64,000 nucleotides of DNA from Candidatus Bathyarchaeota archaeon (GCA_963770935.1 CAVYRJ010000004.1:101745-165744), one strand, 5' to 3'; positions 32,703-44,494 are shown, counted from the first letter of the stretch. Numbers and translations: made by a program. Notes: generated by a model not told the origin, from the sequence alone.

Positions 32703-33194
32703 ATGGTGTCTGACACAGATAATCGACGGTTATTGCTTGAAAAAGTTCTCAAAGAACACAATTATCAAGAAAATGCTCTTCTAGAAATACTGCATCGTGC
32801 CCAAGATATCTATGGGTACCTGGACAAAGATTTGCTGATGGATATTTCTGGTTCGCTGAATATTCCTCCAAGTCACGTCTACGGAGTTGCGACTTTCTAC
32901 AGCTACTTTAAACTTAGAAAACCCGGCGAACACGTCGTAACAGGATGCTTAGGCACTGCCTGCTATGTCAAAGGTGTAGAGCAAATTATGCAGGCTGTTG
33001 AAGAAGAATTCAACATAAAACGGGGCGGATCCACACCAGACGGAAAGCTGTCGCTACTCGTAACCCGCTGTATTGGCGCTTGTGCAATGGCGCCTACAAT
33101 AGTTGTTGATGACGAGGTTATTGGCAAAGCCACAAAAGAATTAGTAATCGCCAAAATTAAAAGCGTTCTTGGAGGCGTTAAAGTTGAAGCTTGA
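32703..33194 (+). CDS. hoxE: Bidirectional hydrogenase diaphorase subunit HoxE (NuoE-like)
   Basis: GVATFY, CLGTACYVKG, CIGAC [2Fe-2S] motifs. Confidence 0.88.
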   Translation: MVSDTDNRRLLLEKVLKEHNYQENALLEILHRAQDIYGYLDKDLLMDISGSLNIPPSHVYGVATFYSYFKLRKPGEHVVTGCLGTACYVKGVEQIMQAVEEEFNIKRGGSTPDGKLSLLVTRCIGACAMAPTIVVDDEVIGKATKELVIAKIKSVLGGVKVEA

Positions 33195-34827
33195 TGACCT
33201 TCAAAGAGTAGCTGAGCAAGAAGTAGATTTTCAAAGAGCGTACAAATACCGAATCAATGTATGTTGCTCAAGCGGCTGTGTTCCCTTCGGCGCCTTTAAA
33301 GTTCTAAAAGCTTTTGAAGATGCCGTTAAAGAATTCGGTGTTGAAAAAGAATGTAAGGTTGCACGTACAGGATGCATTGGAACATGCTCAGTCGGTCCCG
33401 CTGTGCTAATTGAACCTGGAGACTACCTATACCAAAGCGTTACTCCTGAAAAAGTTCGTGAAATAGTTAGGGACCACATAGTTTTAGGTTTACCAGTCAA
33501 AGAAATGCTCTACCAAAACCAAGCCTACTTCCAAAAACAACACAGACTCGTTTTAAGAAACGCTGGCAAAATCGACCCCTCAAGAATTCAAGATTACATA
33601 TCAGCAGGCGGTTACTCAGCAATCGCAAAATGCCTAGCAACAATGACTCCGCAAGGCGTAATCTATGAAGTTAGAACAAGCGGTCTTAGAGGTCGAGGAG
33701 GCGCAGGTTTTTCAACAGGGCAAAAATGGGCACTCGTTGCAAGAGCGCAAAACTCCCCCAAGTACATAGTTGCCAACTTAGATGAGGGAGATCCAGGGGT
33801 GTTTGCTAATAGAACCTTAGCGGAAGCTGACCCACACGCCATTATTGAAGGCATGCTTATTGCCGCCTACGCTGTCGGCGCAGCAAAAGGCTACATCTAC
33901 ATCCGGTCCGAGTATCCGTTGGCCATCCAAACACTGCAGAAAGCCATAGCTCAAGCAAAATCAATGTCTCTGCTCGGCGACAATATTCTTGAAATGGGCT
34001 TCAAATTTGACCTTGAACTACGCTTTGGCGCAGGCGCATTCGTGGCTGGCGAAGAAACCGCTATTCTAGCCTCCGTTGAAGGTAGAAGAGCCATGCCTCG
34101 TCCACGTCCACCTTACCCCGCAAACTCGGGCTTATGGAAGAAACCAACACTTATCCAAAACGTAGAAACCTTAGCAAATATACCCCTGATTGTGCAAAAC
34201 GGCGGCCTATGGTTTTCGAAGCTGGGCACACCAAAATGCACTGGAACAAAATGTTTCTCATTAACTGGGCAAATTAATAATCCAGGGTTAATCGAAGTGC
34301 CCATGGGAATAACATTGCGAGAAGTAGTCTTTGACATTGGCGGAGGAGTTCCAGACGGGAAGAAATTCAAAGCCATCCTCGTAGGTGGTCCTTCAGGCGG
34401 CTGTCTCCCTGACACCCTGCTTGAACTACCAATTGACTATGACTCTTTAACAAAAGTTGGCGCTATCATGGGTTCAGGTGGCATAGTAGTTCTCGATGAC
34501 AAATCATGTATGGTTGATACAGCAAAATTCTTCACTGAATTCTGCGTGGAGGAATCCTGCGGAAAATGTACTCCGTGCAGGGCGGGGCTTGCACGAGTTA
34601 AAGAAATATTCGATGGCATTACACAGGGCATTGGTAAAATGGAAGATATTTCGACTTTGGAGAAATCTGGAGTTTTCATAAGAGATGCGAGTCTTTGTGG
34701 TCTGGGACAAACAGCACCCAACCCTGTTCTAACGACTCTGCGGTACTTCAAAGGAGAATACTTGCAACATATTGTTGAGAAAAAATGCGAAGCTGGCAAA
34801 TGCTTCAAGAAAGAAAAGGAGGCTTAA
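33184..34827 (+). CDS. hoxF: HoxF (NuoF-like FMN/NADH subunit with N-terminal thioredoxin-like [2Fe-2S])
   Basis: GLRGRGGAGF, DEGDPG, GAGAFVAGEETA, ESCGKCTPCR, SLCGLG. Confidence 0.88.
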   Translation: MKLDDLQRVAEQEVDFQRAYKYRINVCCSSGCVPFGAFKVLKAFEDAVKEFGVEKECKVARTGCIGTCSVGPAVLIEPGDYLYQSVTPEKVREIVRDHIVLGLPVKEMLYQNQAYFQKQHRLVLRNAGKIDPSRIQDYISAGGYSAIAKCLATMTPQGVIYEVRTSGLRGRGGAGFSTGQKWALVARAQNSPKYIVANLDEGDPGVFANRTLAEADPHAIIEGMLIAAYAVGAAKGYIYIRSEYPLAIQTLQKAIAQAKSMSLLGDNILEMGFKFDLELRFGAGAFVAGEETAILASVEGRRAMPRPRPPYPANSGLWKKPTLIQNVETLANIPLIVQNGGLWFSKLGTPKCTGTKCFSLTGQINNPGLIEVPMGITLREVVFDIGGGVPDGKKFKAILVGGPSGGCLPDTLLELPIDYDSLTKVGAIMGSGGIVVLDDKSCMVDTAKFFTEFCVEESCGKCTPCRAGLARVKEIFDGITQGIGKMEDISTLEKSGVFIRDASLCGLGQTAPNPVLTTLRYFKGEYLQHIVEKKCEAGKCFKKEKEA

Positions 34828-34830
34828 ACT

Positions 34831-35538
34831 TTGAGTGTTGGAACTGTTAAAATAAAAATAGATGGTGTTGAGGTTAACGTTCCCGAAAACACAATGATAT
34901 TGAAAGCTGCAAAAGATAATGGTATAGTTATTCCCACACTCTGCAACCTTGAAGGCTTAACAAGTTACGGCGGATGCCGACTATGTCTCGTTGAGATTAG
35001 CGGTTCACCAAAACTTTTCCCTGCATGCATCACCCCCGTGAGTAACGGAATGGAAGTTACGACCAATTCAGATAGAATCAAAGAATACCGTAAAATGGTT
35101 GTTCAAATGCTTCTCGCTGAGCGAACTCACATTTGCTCTGTGTGCGTAGCCGACGACCACTGCGAACTGCAAGCTATGGCAAATCAACTTGGCGTAGACC
35201 ACGTCATGCTTGAACGCAACTGGAGCCACGACGAAATTGATTCAACCCACGATTTCTTAGTTATCGACCGTAACAGGTGCATTTTGTGCACTAGGTGCTT
35301 ACGTGTGTGTGACCAAATCGAAGGCGTTCACACCCTTGACCTAAAACTCCGTGGCAAAGACTCGCAAGTTATAATGGACTTAGATGAGCACTGGGGCAAC
35401 TCTTGCTCATGTACTTCCTGTCGAAAATGCGCCAAAGTTTGCCCAGTGGGCGCAATATACATTGAAGGCGAACCCATCGAACATACCAAGAAAAAGGACA
35501 TTGCTGAATTTATCCTTGCAAGGAGGAACCGCAAATGA
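34831..35538 (+). CDS. hoxU: HoxU (NuoG N-terminal-like Fe-S subunit)
   Basis: IPTLC, CRLCLVE, HICSVC, CILCTRC, CTSCRKCAKVCP. Confidence 0.9.
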   Translation: MSVGTVKIKIDGVEVNVPENTMILKAAKDNGIVIPTLCNLEGLTSYGGCRLCLVEISGSPKLFPACITPVSNGMEVTTNSDRIKEYRKMVVQMLLAERTHICSVCVADDHCELQAMANQLGVDHVMLERNWSHDEIDSTHDFLVIDRNRCILCTRCLRVCDQIEGVHTLDLKLRGKDSQVIMDLDEHWGNSCSCTSCRKCAKVCPVGAIYIEGEPIEHTKKKDIAEFILARRNRK

Positions 35539-36077
35539 CCGAGAACTCAAAAGTACGTGTCGCAACAGTTTGGCTTAGCGGGTGTTCAGGCTGTCATATG
35601 TCTTTTCTCGACTTGGACGAACGACTCATTGATTTAGCTAAGAGGATAACCGTGGTTTACAGCCCCATAGCTGACGTGAAGGAGTTCCCAGAAAATGTCG
35701 ATGTTACCCTTATTGAGGGTGCTGTTGCAAATGAGGAACAGTTAGAGATGCTAAAGAAAGTGCGGGCTCGGACAAAAATTTTGATTTCTCTTGGAGATTG
35801 CGCTGTTGATGGCAACGTTACGGCTCTGCGGAATTCTTGGCGTCACAGTGACCAAGCGGTCTTAGAAAGAGCGTATAAAGATCCAGATGACCTCAAAGCT
35901 GCAATTCCCAATGCTGTTCCAAAACTGCTTGTTAATGCTCGTCCACTTCATGAAATTGTTAAAGTTGACTTTTATATTCCTGGGTGTCCTCCGCACGCCG
36001 ACCTCATAAACTATGTGTTAACCGAGTTGTTGGCTGGTAGAACACCTGTGATGGAGGGAAGATCAAAATATGGTTAA
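35535..36077 (+). CDS. hoxY: [NiFe]-hydrogenase small subunit HoxY
   Basis: GCSGCHMS, GDCA, PGCPP; short single-cluster type. Confidence 0.9.
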   Translation: MTENSKVRVATVWLSGCSGCHMSFLDLDERLIDLAKRITVVYSPIADVKEFPENVDVTLIEGAVANEEQLEMLKKVRARTKILISLGDCAVDGNVTALRNSWRHSDQAVLERAYKDPDDLKAAIPNAVPKLLVNARPLHEIVKVDFYIPGCPPHADLINYVLTELLAGRTPVMEGRSKYG

Positions 36078-37512
36078 AGCACAAAATGAAAAAACAATTA
36101 CGATAAGTCCTATAACCCGCATCGAAGGGCACGCTCAAGTAAATATATTGCTAAACGAAGATGACACTGTAAAAGAAGCCATTTTTAAAGTAGTTGACTT
36201 CCGAGGCTTTGAAAAGTTCACTGAAGGCAGACCCTTCTATGAAATGCCCAGTATAACTAGTCGTGCTTGCGGCATCTGTCCAGTCAGCCATCTGCTTGCA
36301 AGCGCCAAAGCCTGTGACGCCATCGTAGGCGTAAATCCGCCTAAAACTGCCATAATGCTTCGACGTCTCATGCACATGGGTCAACTAATCCAGTCACACG
36401 CTCTGAACTTCTTCCACCTGTCCTCTCCAGACTTGCTGTTAGGTTTTGATTCTGACCCAGCGCAAAGAAACATCTTTGGTTTAATCGAGAAACAGCCTGA
36501 ACTAGCCCTGCGCGGCATTAAACTCCGCAAGTTTGGACAAGAAATAATCGAGAAAGTTGCTGGCAAAAAAATCCACTCTAACGACTGGATACTGCCTGGC
36601 GGAGCAAAATGGCCCCTAACCCAAGAAAGAGCTGACTACCTCCGCGGCAGCCTGCCCGAAGCATTAAACAGCACACAAGAAACGCTTGAAATGTACAAGA
36701 AAATGCTCGTTGGGCTCGAAGAAGAAGTTGAAAACTTCGGCAACTTCCCCTCCTACTACATGGGCTTAGTGACCCCTGACGGCGGGTTAGAACACTACGA
36801 CGGAAAAATCCGCATAATAGACCAACACGGTCATGTAGCCGCGGAATGCATTGATCCCACAAAGTACCGTGACTTTATCGGTGAAGCAGTTGAACCCTGG
36901 TCTTTCATGAAGTTTCCCTACTTCAAAGCCATCGGTTATCCAGACGGCGCATACCGTGTAGGACCTTTAGCAAGGCTAAATGTAGCATCCCACTGTGGTA
37001 CACCTCTGGCAGATGAGGAACTAAAACAATTCAAAAAACTGGGAAAGAACGGTGTGGTCCAAAGCACATTCCAATATCATTATGCACGATTAATTGAGTT
37101 ACTTTTCTGCGTTGAAACTGCCAAGAACCTTCTCGAAAATCCAGATATACTCTCCGAACACGTCACGTCCAAAGCATTCGTTAACAACTACGAAGGCGTT
37201 GGCGTCGCTGAAGCACCAAGAGGCACATTAATTCACCACTACAAAGTTGACCCTCAGGGTATGATTACATGGAACAACATGGTAATAGCAACTGAACACA
37301 ACAACATAGCCTACAACATGGCAATAACGCAAGTAGCAAAAAAATATGTCAAAGCCAAACAACTCCAAGAAGGGATGCTAAACCGCGTTGAAGCTGTCAT
37401 CCGCGCTTTTGACCCATGCTTAAGCTGTGCAACCCATGCAGTCGGCAGCATGCCGCTTCATGTGAAACTCATCGATGCAAACGGCAAACTGTTAGACCAA
37501 AAAAACAGGTAG
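36070..37512 (+). CDS. hoxH: [NiFe]-hydrogenase large subunit HoxH (group 3d-like)
   Basis: TRIEGH, L1 [15 protein letters not shown]2 DPCLSCATH plus a cleavable C-terminal tail. Confidence 0.92.
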   Translation: MVKAQNEKTITISPITRIEGHAQVNILLNEDDTVKEAIFKVVDFRGFEKFTEGRPFYEMPSITSRACGICPVSHLLASAKACDAIVGVNPPKTAIMLRRLMHMGQLIQSHALNFFHLSSPDLLLGFDSDPAQRNIFGLIEKQPELALRGIKLRKFGQEIIEKVAGKKIHSNDWILPGGAKWPLTQERADYLRGSLPEALNSTQETLEMYKKMLVGLEEEVENFGNFPSYYMGLVTPDGGLEHYDGKIRIIDQHGHVAAECIDPTKYRDFIGEAVEPWSFMKFPYFKAIGYPDGAYRVGPLARLNVASHCGTPLADEELKQFKKLGKNGVVQSTFQYHYARLIELLFCVETAKNLLENPDILSEHVTSKAFVNNYEGVGVAEAPRGTLIHHYKVDPQGMITWNNMVIATEHNNIAYNMAITQVAKKYVKAKQLQEGMLNRVEAVIRAFDPCLSCATHAVGSMPLHVKLIDANGKLLDQKNR

Positions 37513-37513
37513 A

Positions 37514-37534
37514 CTTTTTTCTTTTTTATTTTTT
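37514..37534 (+). terminator. Oligo-T archaeal terminator after hoxH
   Basis: T-rich tract immediately after the stop codon. Confidence 0.5.
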
Positions 37535-37585
37535 GATTCAGGATAGTTTTAAATTTTCAGGCAACCACCTATACTTAGTGGAAAC

Positions 37586-37954
37586 TTGAGAAAGCTCATA
37601 TGTGCTTTAAAAATCATGCTAATTATTAGTGTAGTGATATCTTTTGGGTGTGCGCAGTTTTCTACAGCAGCTATCTCTACAATTCAGCAAGAAACCGCAG
37701 ATACTCTCATACCAACACCAAGTCCGGTTCCCACAGAAATCCCTACCACTTCTCCCCTGCCCACACCCATCCCAACACCCAAAATTGTGCCAGGATCACC
37801 TTTGTCTCTAGGCGGCGTAGCATTTGCTGAAACACTATCTCAATTTGATATTCTGGAACTTGCCAAACTAGTACTGGTTGGGTTGGGAATAATGTGGGTA
37901 ATAGTAATCTTTGTTTATGTTGTCAAAGAAACGGAAAGTAAGAGGCAAAAATAG
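37586..37954 (+). CDS. Membrane-anchored Pro/Thr-rich hypothetical protein
   Basis: Signal segment, PTPSP linker, C-terminal TM and basic tail. Confidence 0.65.
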   Translation: MRKLICALKIMLIISVVISFGCAQFSTAAISTIQQETADTLIPTPSPVPTEIPTTSPLPTPIPTPKIVPGSPLSLGGVAFAETLSQFDILELAKLVLVGLGIMWVIVIFVYVVKETESKRQK

Positions 37955-38099
37955 AATGAGGGAAGCGATATTGCTTAATTCTCTGTTGAACTATTTATGT
38001 TCTTAAACAGCTGTCAAAGCCATTTACATTAACATATGGCAATTTAAAAGGAAATCAGAAATATAAAAAAAGAAAAGAAAGGGAAATTGTTTTTTGTGT

Positions 38100-40543
38100 T
38101 TATGGTCTTTTTCTAAGTAGCAATAATGCTAGTATTGCGCCGACTATGATGATTGCGACGATTATGCCTGCGACTGCTGGAACAAAGTACATTTCAGTTG
38201 CAGTTTGAGGTGCTGGAGTTGTTGGTGGTTGGGTTGGTGCTGGGTCTGAAACGGTGAACGCACTAACTGCATGGGATGGCCAGTAAGATTCAGAGCCTGC
38301 GAAAGATGCTATTACTTTGTATGCGCCTGCTATGTCAGGAGTCCAACTAATGCTGTAGAATCCGTCTTCATCAGTGGTTGTTGAACCAATGTTTCTGTAG
38401 TTGCCGTTTCCGTCTATCACATCGATGCTTACTGGAACTCCTGTAGTGTTGGTTGGTTTAGTTTGTTGCTGGTAAATATATGCCATCCATTCTGTCATGC
38501 TCGCGTCTGAGACTGCGGGAACACCATCGGGGAATCGGCTTGCTTGTTCTAGTGCCTTAGTGCCTGGTGAAATGTCTGTGACTGTACCTTTTATTGTGAT
38601 ACGCGTAGGCTTTGTGACTTCTACATCAGGTGCTGAAACTGTAATAGCGCTTGGACCTTTATTGAAGCAATAGATACGGTTGTCATAATGATTGTATGCG
38701 GTAAGAGATCCATCTGCTATGACTGGGGTTTGTAGCCATCCTTGTGAGCGCCATATCTCTTCTCCGGTAGTAGCGTTAATGCAGACTAGTTTTGCTCCAC
38801 GTGTAAGTGGGTGGCTTGGGCTGTGTTCACCAGTGCTAGCGTAGATTTTTCCGTCTGCTGCAACATGTAAACCGCCTCCAAATGGCCAAGTGCCGTAGGG
38901 TGTTTCATAGCCTGCGTCGCCAATGTAGTAGTTCCAGTCGTTATTTCCTGTTTCCATATCGTAGCAGTGTATCATACCGTCGTATGCTACTGTGTATAAT
39001 TTGCCATATGCGATTACTGGGCTTGATGCTCCTAGACCCACAACGCTTGAGGTGTACATACCCCATCCGACAGTGTACGGGTCAGTTACCCAGAGTTGTG
39101 CTCCGGTTTTTGCGTCATAGCCGTATGATTGCATAGTTTCTTGTTTGAACCATGCAAATTTGCCGTCGACTTCACCTGAGAAGAAGTAGTTGTATGTTTC
39201 TGTGCTTGAGACGTTGAAGTTGAATAGTTGTGCGCCGTCTTTGGTGCTGTAGCCAGTGACTCCTATTACGTTGGTGGCTGCTTGTGCGGCTGCAACTATG
39301 GTGTTTTTACCCATTGTTGCAATGCCTTGGCTGCCGGGGACATCTGGCACGCTTACGTTCCACATGATTCCGCGTTTCCAGTCTGCGGACGAGGCCAGCG
39401 GTTGGTCGCCAGTACCATTCTGGAGTTGCGCCTGTGTAGTAGCTCTGTATACATTTGGTTGCGTTCCACAAAGTTAGTTGATTTTGAGCTCCGTTAAGTA
39501 CGTAGAATAACATGTTGCCTTGTTCATCGAATGCGACTCTGCCGGTTGTGGCGTTGACAATTTGTAGGATTTCTGTTCCAGTGAAGGGATCATACATTCT
39601 GCAGGTTGTGCCTATGCTCCAGAGGTATGGGAATGCTCCGTGTTGGTTTGGTGAATCGAATTCTAGGACTTGACCCAAAGTGATTGTTGTGCCGTTTTGG
39701 AACCAAATCTGTTCTCCAGTATCTAAGTCACGACATACGAGGCCTAAGTTAGAGGATCCACCGAGGCGTTGGTTGTAGTAGAGTCTTCCGTTTAGAATGA
39801 CTGGGGGTGTCCATTTGTTTTCGTATGAAGCACCGCTATAGTATCCGACGTCACCTAGTTCTCCACCGATTAATCCGCCCATGTCCTTCTCTGTTGACCA
39901 TAGGACGTGTGCAGTGTTTGGGGCTGAACCAACTGGGAGCCAGTTAGATCCACCTGCAAAGGTGTTGCCGAAGAGTATGGGTACTCCATACCAGTTGTTT
40001 GAGATGGTATACCAGTCTCTGTTTTGTGCATTAATTGGTCGTGTCCAGTATTCTTTTGGAAGAGGTGTTTGAGGTACGCCAGATATAGGGTTCTTGTTGG
40101 ACGGTTAATGTGACGTTGGGGGATTTACTGCCTAAGATGGTAAAGTTGCCTATTACTTCTCCTGCATAGGTAAATTGTAGAATGTAGTCGCCGACTTCGG
40201 TTGGTGTGTAAGAGACGTATTGTGAAGCTACTGGGTCTGAGTTCATAGTTCTAGTTTCTACGTCCCCATTTGGGCTTGTGATAGTGAGTGTGTAGCCTCT
40301 CCATATTGCGGTAGGCTGACCTGAGTATGCTGTGCGTGCTGGGAGAAGATCAACCCACATGGTGATTTGGACTGTTTGTCCCACTCCGACTGGGTTGGGA
40401 GCAACTGCCAAGAACGCGTAGGTTGGATAGTCCACTGCTTTGGCTGATGGAATTGCAATAAAAAGCATTGATATCGATAGAATTGCAACGATTAAAATAC
40501 TAACTGTTTTGTTTCTTACATTTTTCATTACCTTTTTCTCCAT
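38100..40543 (-). CDS. PQQ-like beta-propeller cell-surface protein; apparent frameshifts near 40075 and 39380
   Basis: Three consecutive ORFs colinear with the intact paralog at 45202-47736 (PNPVGVGQ, NGRLYY, EHS, FAGSESYWPS, TM+RKRP). Confidence 0.82.
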
Positions 40544-41007
40544 TTATTTTCTTACAAAAATACGTTAATACACCATTTAAGGGTTACGTTACCAATCGAA
40601 CGTAATCTTCCCACTCCAGAATCAGCGACTTCACAAACCACTAAAAATCATCTAAATCAAAAAATCAAACAACTTCTGGTCCACATGACTGGGTACCTAT
40701 CATTGTTCATGGTGGCACATCTGTAGATGACAAATTGTCAATGTCCTGTAGCTTTTCAGCGATGCATTCATGCTTTGTTGCTACTTTAATCCTTGAATAT
40801 GTTTTTTCTTCCAGTAAAAATGTCTTCTTAACATTTAGGGTAGCCATAAAGCTAATGTTTTTACCCTTCAGGTGGTTGGAAAACAATATGTATCAACTCT
40901 TGGTGATCTTTACGAAAATGTCAACATGGGTTCAACCATCCGAAAAATTGTTCTCCGGCGTTTGAAACTCTTATATACGGCTGTTGATAGTTTCTCTGTT
41001 GAGTGTC

Positions 41008-41316
41008 ATGGCTGAAGTTTGTTCAACATGCGGACTACCAAAGGACCTATGCGTTTGTGGAGAAATAGAAAAGGAACAGCAACGTATTCGCATACGTCTT
41101 GAAACCCGAAAATTCGGCAAAGCAACCACGATCATCGACGGCATGGATGACAAAAACTCTAATTTAACAAGCATTGCTCAAAAACTCAAAACATACTGCG
41201 CATGCGGCGGAACCAGCAAAAACGGGCAAATTATGCTTCAAGGCGATCACCGCGACAGAGTACGTGATTTACTCGTAAAAATGGGTTATCCACAAGAAAA
41301 CATTGAACTACAGTAA
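41008..41316 (+). CDS. Translation initiation factor SUI1/aIF1, copy 1
   Basis: [36 protein letters not shown]. Confidence 0.93.
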   Translation: MAEVCSTCGLPKDLCVCGEIEKEQQRIRIRLETRKFGKATTIIDGMDDKNSNLTSIAQKLKTYCACGGTSKNGQIMLQGDHRDRVRDLLVKMGYPQENIELQ

Positions 41317-41352
41317 CCCTTCATAGTCCCAAAGTAAGGTGAAACCTTCCTG

Positions 41353-41574
41353 ATGAAAAAAACAGATGGCATACGCGACGTCTTCAGAAACGTCAAGCAC
41401 CGCAAACCAACCCAAATCTACTGCCCCAGATGTGCCAGCCCCAAAATCGCACTGTCAGATAGCCTCGCAGTTTGGTTAACTCCTAAACAGTATTATTGTG
41501 AAGAATGCGGGTATCTCGGGATAATCGTTATGGAACTCGAGAAGGAAGAGCCAGAAGAAGAAAATAAGAAATAA
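41353..41574 (+). CDS. Small zinc-ribbon protein, copy 1
   Basis: CPRC...CEECGY. Confidence 0.8.
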   Translation: MKKTDGIRDVFRNVKHRKPTQIYCPRCASPKIALSDSLAVWLTPKQYYCEECGYLGIIVMELEKEEPEEENKK

Positions 41575-41587
41575 AAAGAAAGGGTGC

Positions 41588-42529
41588 CTAATCAGGCAAC
41601 TCTAGATTTAATTGTTTTTTGAGGGTTTTGTAGCGGTTGCGTACAGTTACTTCAGTTACGCCTGCAGCTTCAGCGATGTCTTTTTGTGTTTTCTTTTCGT
41701 TGTTTTGCAAGCATGCGATGTAGAGGGCAGCAGCGGCTAAACCCATCGGGTCTTTTCCTGCTGCAGCGCGCCTTCGTCTTGCTTCTCTTAGAATTTGGAT
41801 GGCTGCGCCTTGAGTTTTTCCTGAGATTCCTGTTTTTTCTGCAATTTTTGACACATATGTTAGTGGGTCAGCAATGGGCATGCGAACATCAAGTTCTCGC
41901 AACAGAAGCCTGTAGCATCTTGCAACATCCTTTTTGTCAACAAGGCTTGCTTCAGCTATTTCCCGCAGAGTTCTTGGGGTTCCGCTTCCACGGCAGGCAG
42001 CATACAACGCGGCTGCAGCGATGGCAGCGATGGATCGTCCTCGGACTAAGCCTTTGTCGAGTGCTTTTCGGTAGACGACAGCGGCTTTTTCCTTGATTGG
42101 TGGTGGAATGTAGACTTTGTCTGATAAGCGGTCAAGTTCAGCCATGGCTTGGGCAAGGTTTCGGTCGATGGATGAGTGGACTCTGCTTCGTATTTGCCAT
42201 TTCCTAAGACGCCACATCTGCAATCTTGTGGATAGGGGCAGTTTTCTTCCAAACGCATCGCGGTCCACTTGGCTGATGGCTGTGGATAAGCCTTTGTCAT
42301 GGACAGAATAAGAAGTGGGAACTCCAACTCGGCTTCTTGATGCTTTCTCTTCTTGTGTGAATGCGCGCCATTCTGGTCCTTTATCCATCATTTGCTCGTA
42401 TACGACCAGTCCGCAATCGCCGCAAACGGTCTCTCCAGTATCGTAATCGTGAACTAGATTCTCGCTACCACACTCTGGGCACTTGTCAACCAAGCGCTGT
42501 GATGTTCTAGGGGTTTCTTTCTTACTCAA
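41588..42529 (-). CDS. tfb: Transcription initiation factor IIB, copy 1
   Basis: CPECG zinc ribbon, GPEWRAF B-reader, two cyclin repeats, VTVRNRYK. Confidence 0.96.
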   Translation of the reverse strand: MSKKETPRTSQRLVDKCPECGSENLVHDYDTGETVCGDCGLVVYEQMMDKGPEWRAFTQEEKASRSRVGVPTSYSVHDKGLSTAISQVDRDAFGRKLPLSTRLQMWRLRKWQIRSRVHSSIDRNLAQAMAELDRLSDKVYIPPPIKEKAAVVYRKALDKGLVRGRSIAAIAAAALYAACRGSGTPRTLREIAEASLVDKKDVARCYRLLLRELDVRMPIADPLTYVSKIAEKTGISGKTQGAAIQILREARRRRAAAGKDPMGLAAAALYIACLQNNEKKTQKDIAEAAGVTEVTVRNRYKTLKKQLNLELPD

Positions 42530-42973
42530 TCTATTCTACCTCACTTTCAATATGCGTAGAACCGTCACCATAGGCCATTTTGGCTAGAAAATAGTACATT
42601 CGGCCCGCGCAAACTAAGCTGATGAACGGTTTTGATATTTAAGCTTTGTGGTTTATTAAACATATTGGACATAATGGTTTCGAATTGCACAACATGCTGA
42701 AAGTTGCACTATGGAAAATCACATAAAAAAGTGTAAAAAAATGCTAAACCGCGCACAGAAAAACGTGAGCTTGCTTAATAAGTTTCAATGCGAAAAAATA
42801 AAAAAACAATAACCTATTAATTTTGAAAAATACCGTGAGAACGCTTATTAAGAAAAAAGCCACCCTTTAAACCTCTAACAATAAATAAAACAAGTGTTAC
42901 TTGAAACCGTGCAGCCCGGTGGTGTATTTGAAACTCTTATATACGGCTGTTGATAATTTCTCTGTTGAGTGTC

Positions 42974-43283
42974 ATGGCTGAAGTTTGTTCAACATGCGGA
43001 CTACCAAAGGACCTATGCGTTTGTGGAGAAATAGAAAAGGAACAGCAACGTATTCGCATACGTCTTGAAACCCGAAAATTCGGCAAAGCAACCACGATCA
43101 TCGACGGCATGGATGACAAAAATTCTAATTTAACAAGCATTGCTCAAAAACTCAAAACATACTGCGCATGCGGCGGAACTCAGCAAAAACGGGCAAATTA
43201 TGCTTCAAGGCGATCACCGCGACAGAGTACGTGATTTGCTCGTAAAAATGGGTTATCCACAAGAAAACATTGAATTACAGTAA
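42974..43283 (+). CDS. SUI1/aIF1, copy 2 (one extra base near 43179 shifts the frame)
   Basis: Near-identical to copy 1; GGAACTCAGC versus GGAACCAGC. Confidence 0.85.
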
Positions 43284-43317
43284 CCCTTCATAGTCCCAAG
43301 TAAGGTGTAACTTCCTG

Positions 43318-43539
43318 ATGAAAAAAACAGATGGCATACGCGATGTCTTCAAAAACGTTAAGCACCGCAAACCAACCCAAATCTACTGCCCCAGATGTGC
43401 TAGCCCCAAAATCGCGCTGTCAGATAGCCTTGCAGTTTGGTTAACTCCTAAACAGTATTATTGTGAAGAATGCGGGTATCTCGGGATAATTGTTATGGAA
43501 CTCGAGAAGGAAGAGCCTGAAGAAGAAAATAAGAAATAG
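43318..43539 (+). CDS. Small zinc-ribbon protein, copy 2
   Basis: One amino-acid difference from copy 1. Confidence 0.8.
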   Translation: MKKTDGIRDVFKNVKHRKPTQIYCPRCASPKIALSDSLAVWLTPKQYYCEECGYLGIIVMELEKEEPEEENKK

Positions 43540-43552
43540 AAAGAAAGGGTGC

Positions 43553-44494
43553 CTAATCAGGCAATTCTAGATTTAATTGTTTTTTGAGTGTTTTGTAGCG
43601 GTTTCGTACAGTTACTTCAGTTACGCCTGCAGCTTCAGCGATGTCTTTTTGTGTTTTCTTTTCGTTGTTTTGCAGGCATGCGATGTAGAGGGCAGCAGCG
43701 GCTAAACCCATCGGGTCTTTTCCTGCAGCAGCACGCTTTCGTCTTGCTTCACGAAGAATTTGGATGGCTGCACCTTGAGTTTTTCCTGAGATTCCTGTTT
43801 TTTCCGCGATTTTTGACACATATGTTAGAGGGTCAGCGATGGGCATGTGAACATCAAGTTCTCGCAACAGAAGCCTGTAGCATCTTGCAACATCCTTTTT
43901 GTCAACAAGGCTTGCTTCGGCGATTTCTCGTAGAGTTCGTGGGGTTCCGCTTCCACGGCAGGCAGCATACAACGCGGCTGCAGCGATGGCGGCGATGGAT
44001 CGTCCTCGGACTAAGCCTTTGTCGAGTGCTTTTCGGTAGACGACAGCGGCTTTTTCCTTGATTGGTGGTGGAATGTAGACTTTGTCTGATAAGCGGTCAA
44101 GTTCAGCCATGGCTTGAGCAAGGTTTCGGTCGATGGATGAGTGGACTCTGCTTCGTATTTGCCATTTCCTAAGACGCCACATCTGCAATCTTGTGGATAG
44201 GGGAAGTTTTCTTCCAAATGCATCGCGGTCCACTTGGCTGATGGCTGTGGATAAGCCTTTGTCATGAACAGAATAAGAAGTGGGAACTCCAACTCGGCTT
44301 CTAGATGCTTTCTCTTCTTGAGTGAAAGCGCGCCATTCTGGTCCTTTATCCATCATTTGCTCGTATACGACCAGTCCGCAATCGCCGCAAACGGTCTCTC
44401 CAGTGTCGTAATCGTGAACTAGATTCTCGCTACCACACTCTGGGCACTTGTCAACCAAACGCTGTGATGTTTTAGGGGTTTCTTTTTTACTCAA
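43553..44494 (-). CDS. tfb: Transcription initiation factor IIB, copy 2
   Basis: Three amino-acid differences from copy 1 (R/K, R/H, R/K). Confidence 0.95.
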   Translation of the reverse strand: MSKKETPKTSQRLVDKCPECGSENLVHDYDTGETVCGDCGLVVYEQMMDKGPEWRAFTQEEKASRSRVGVPTSYSVHDKGLSTAISQVDRDAFGRKLPLSTRLQMWRLRKWQIRSRVHSSIDRNLAQAMAELDRLSDKVYIPPPIKEKAAVVYRKALDKGLVRGRSIAAIAAAALYAACRGSGTPRTLREIAEASLVDKKDVARCYRLLLRELDVHMPIADPLTYVSKIAEKTGISGKTQGAAIQILREARRKRAAAGKDPMGLAAAALYIACLQNNEKKTQKDIAEAAGVTEVTVRNRYKTLKKQLNLELPD

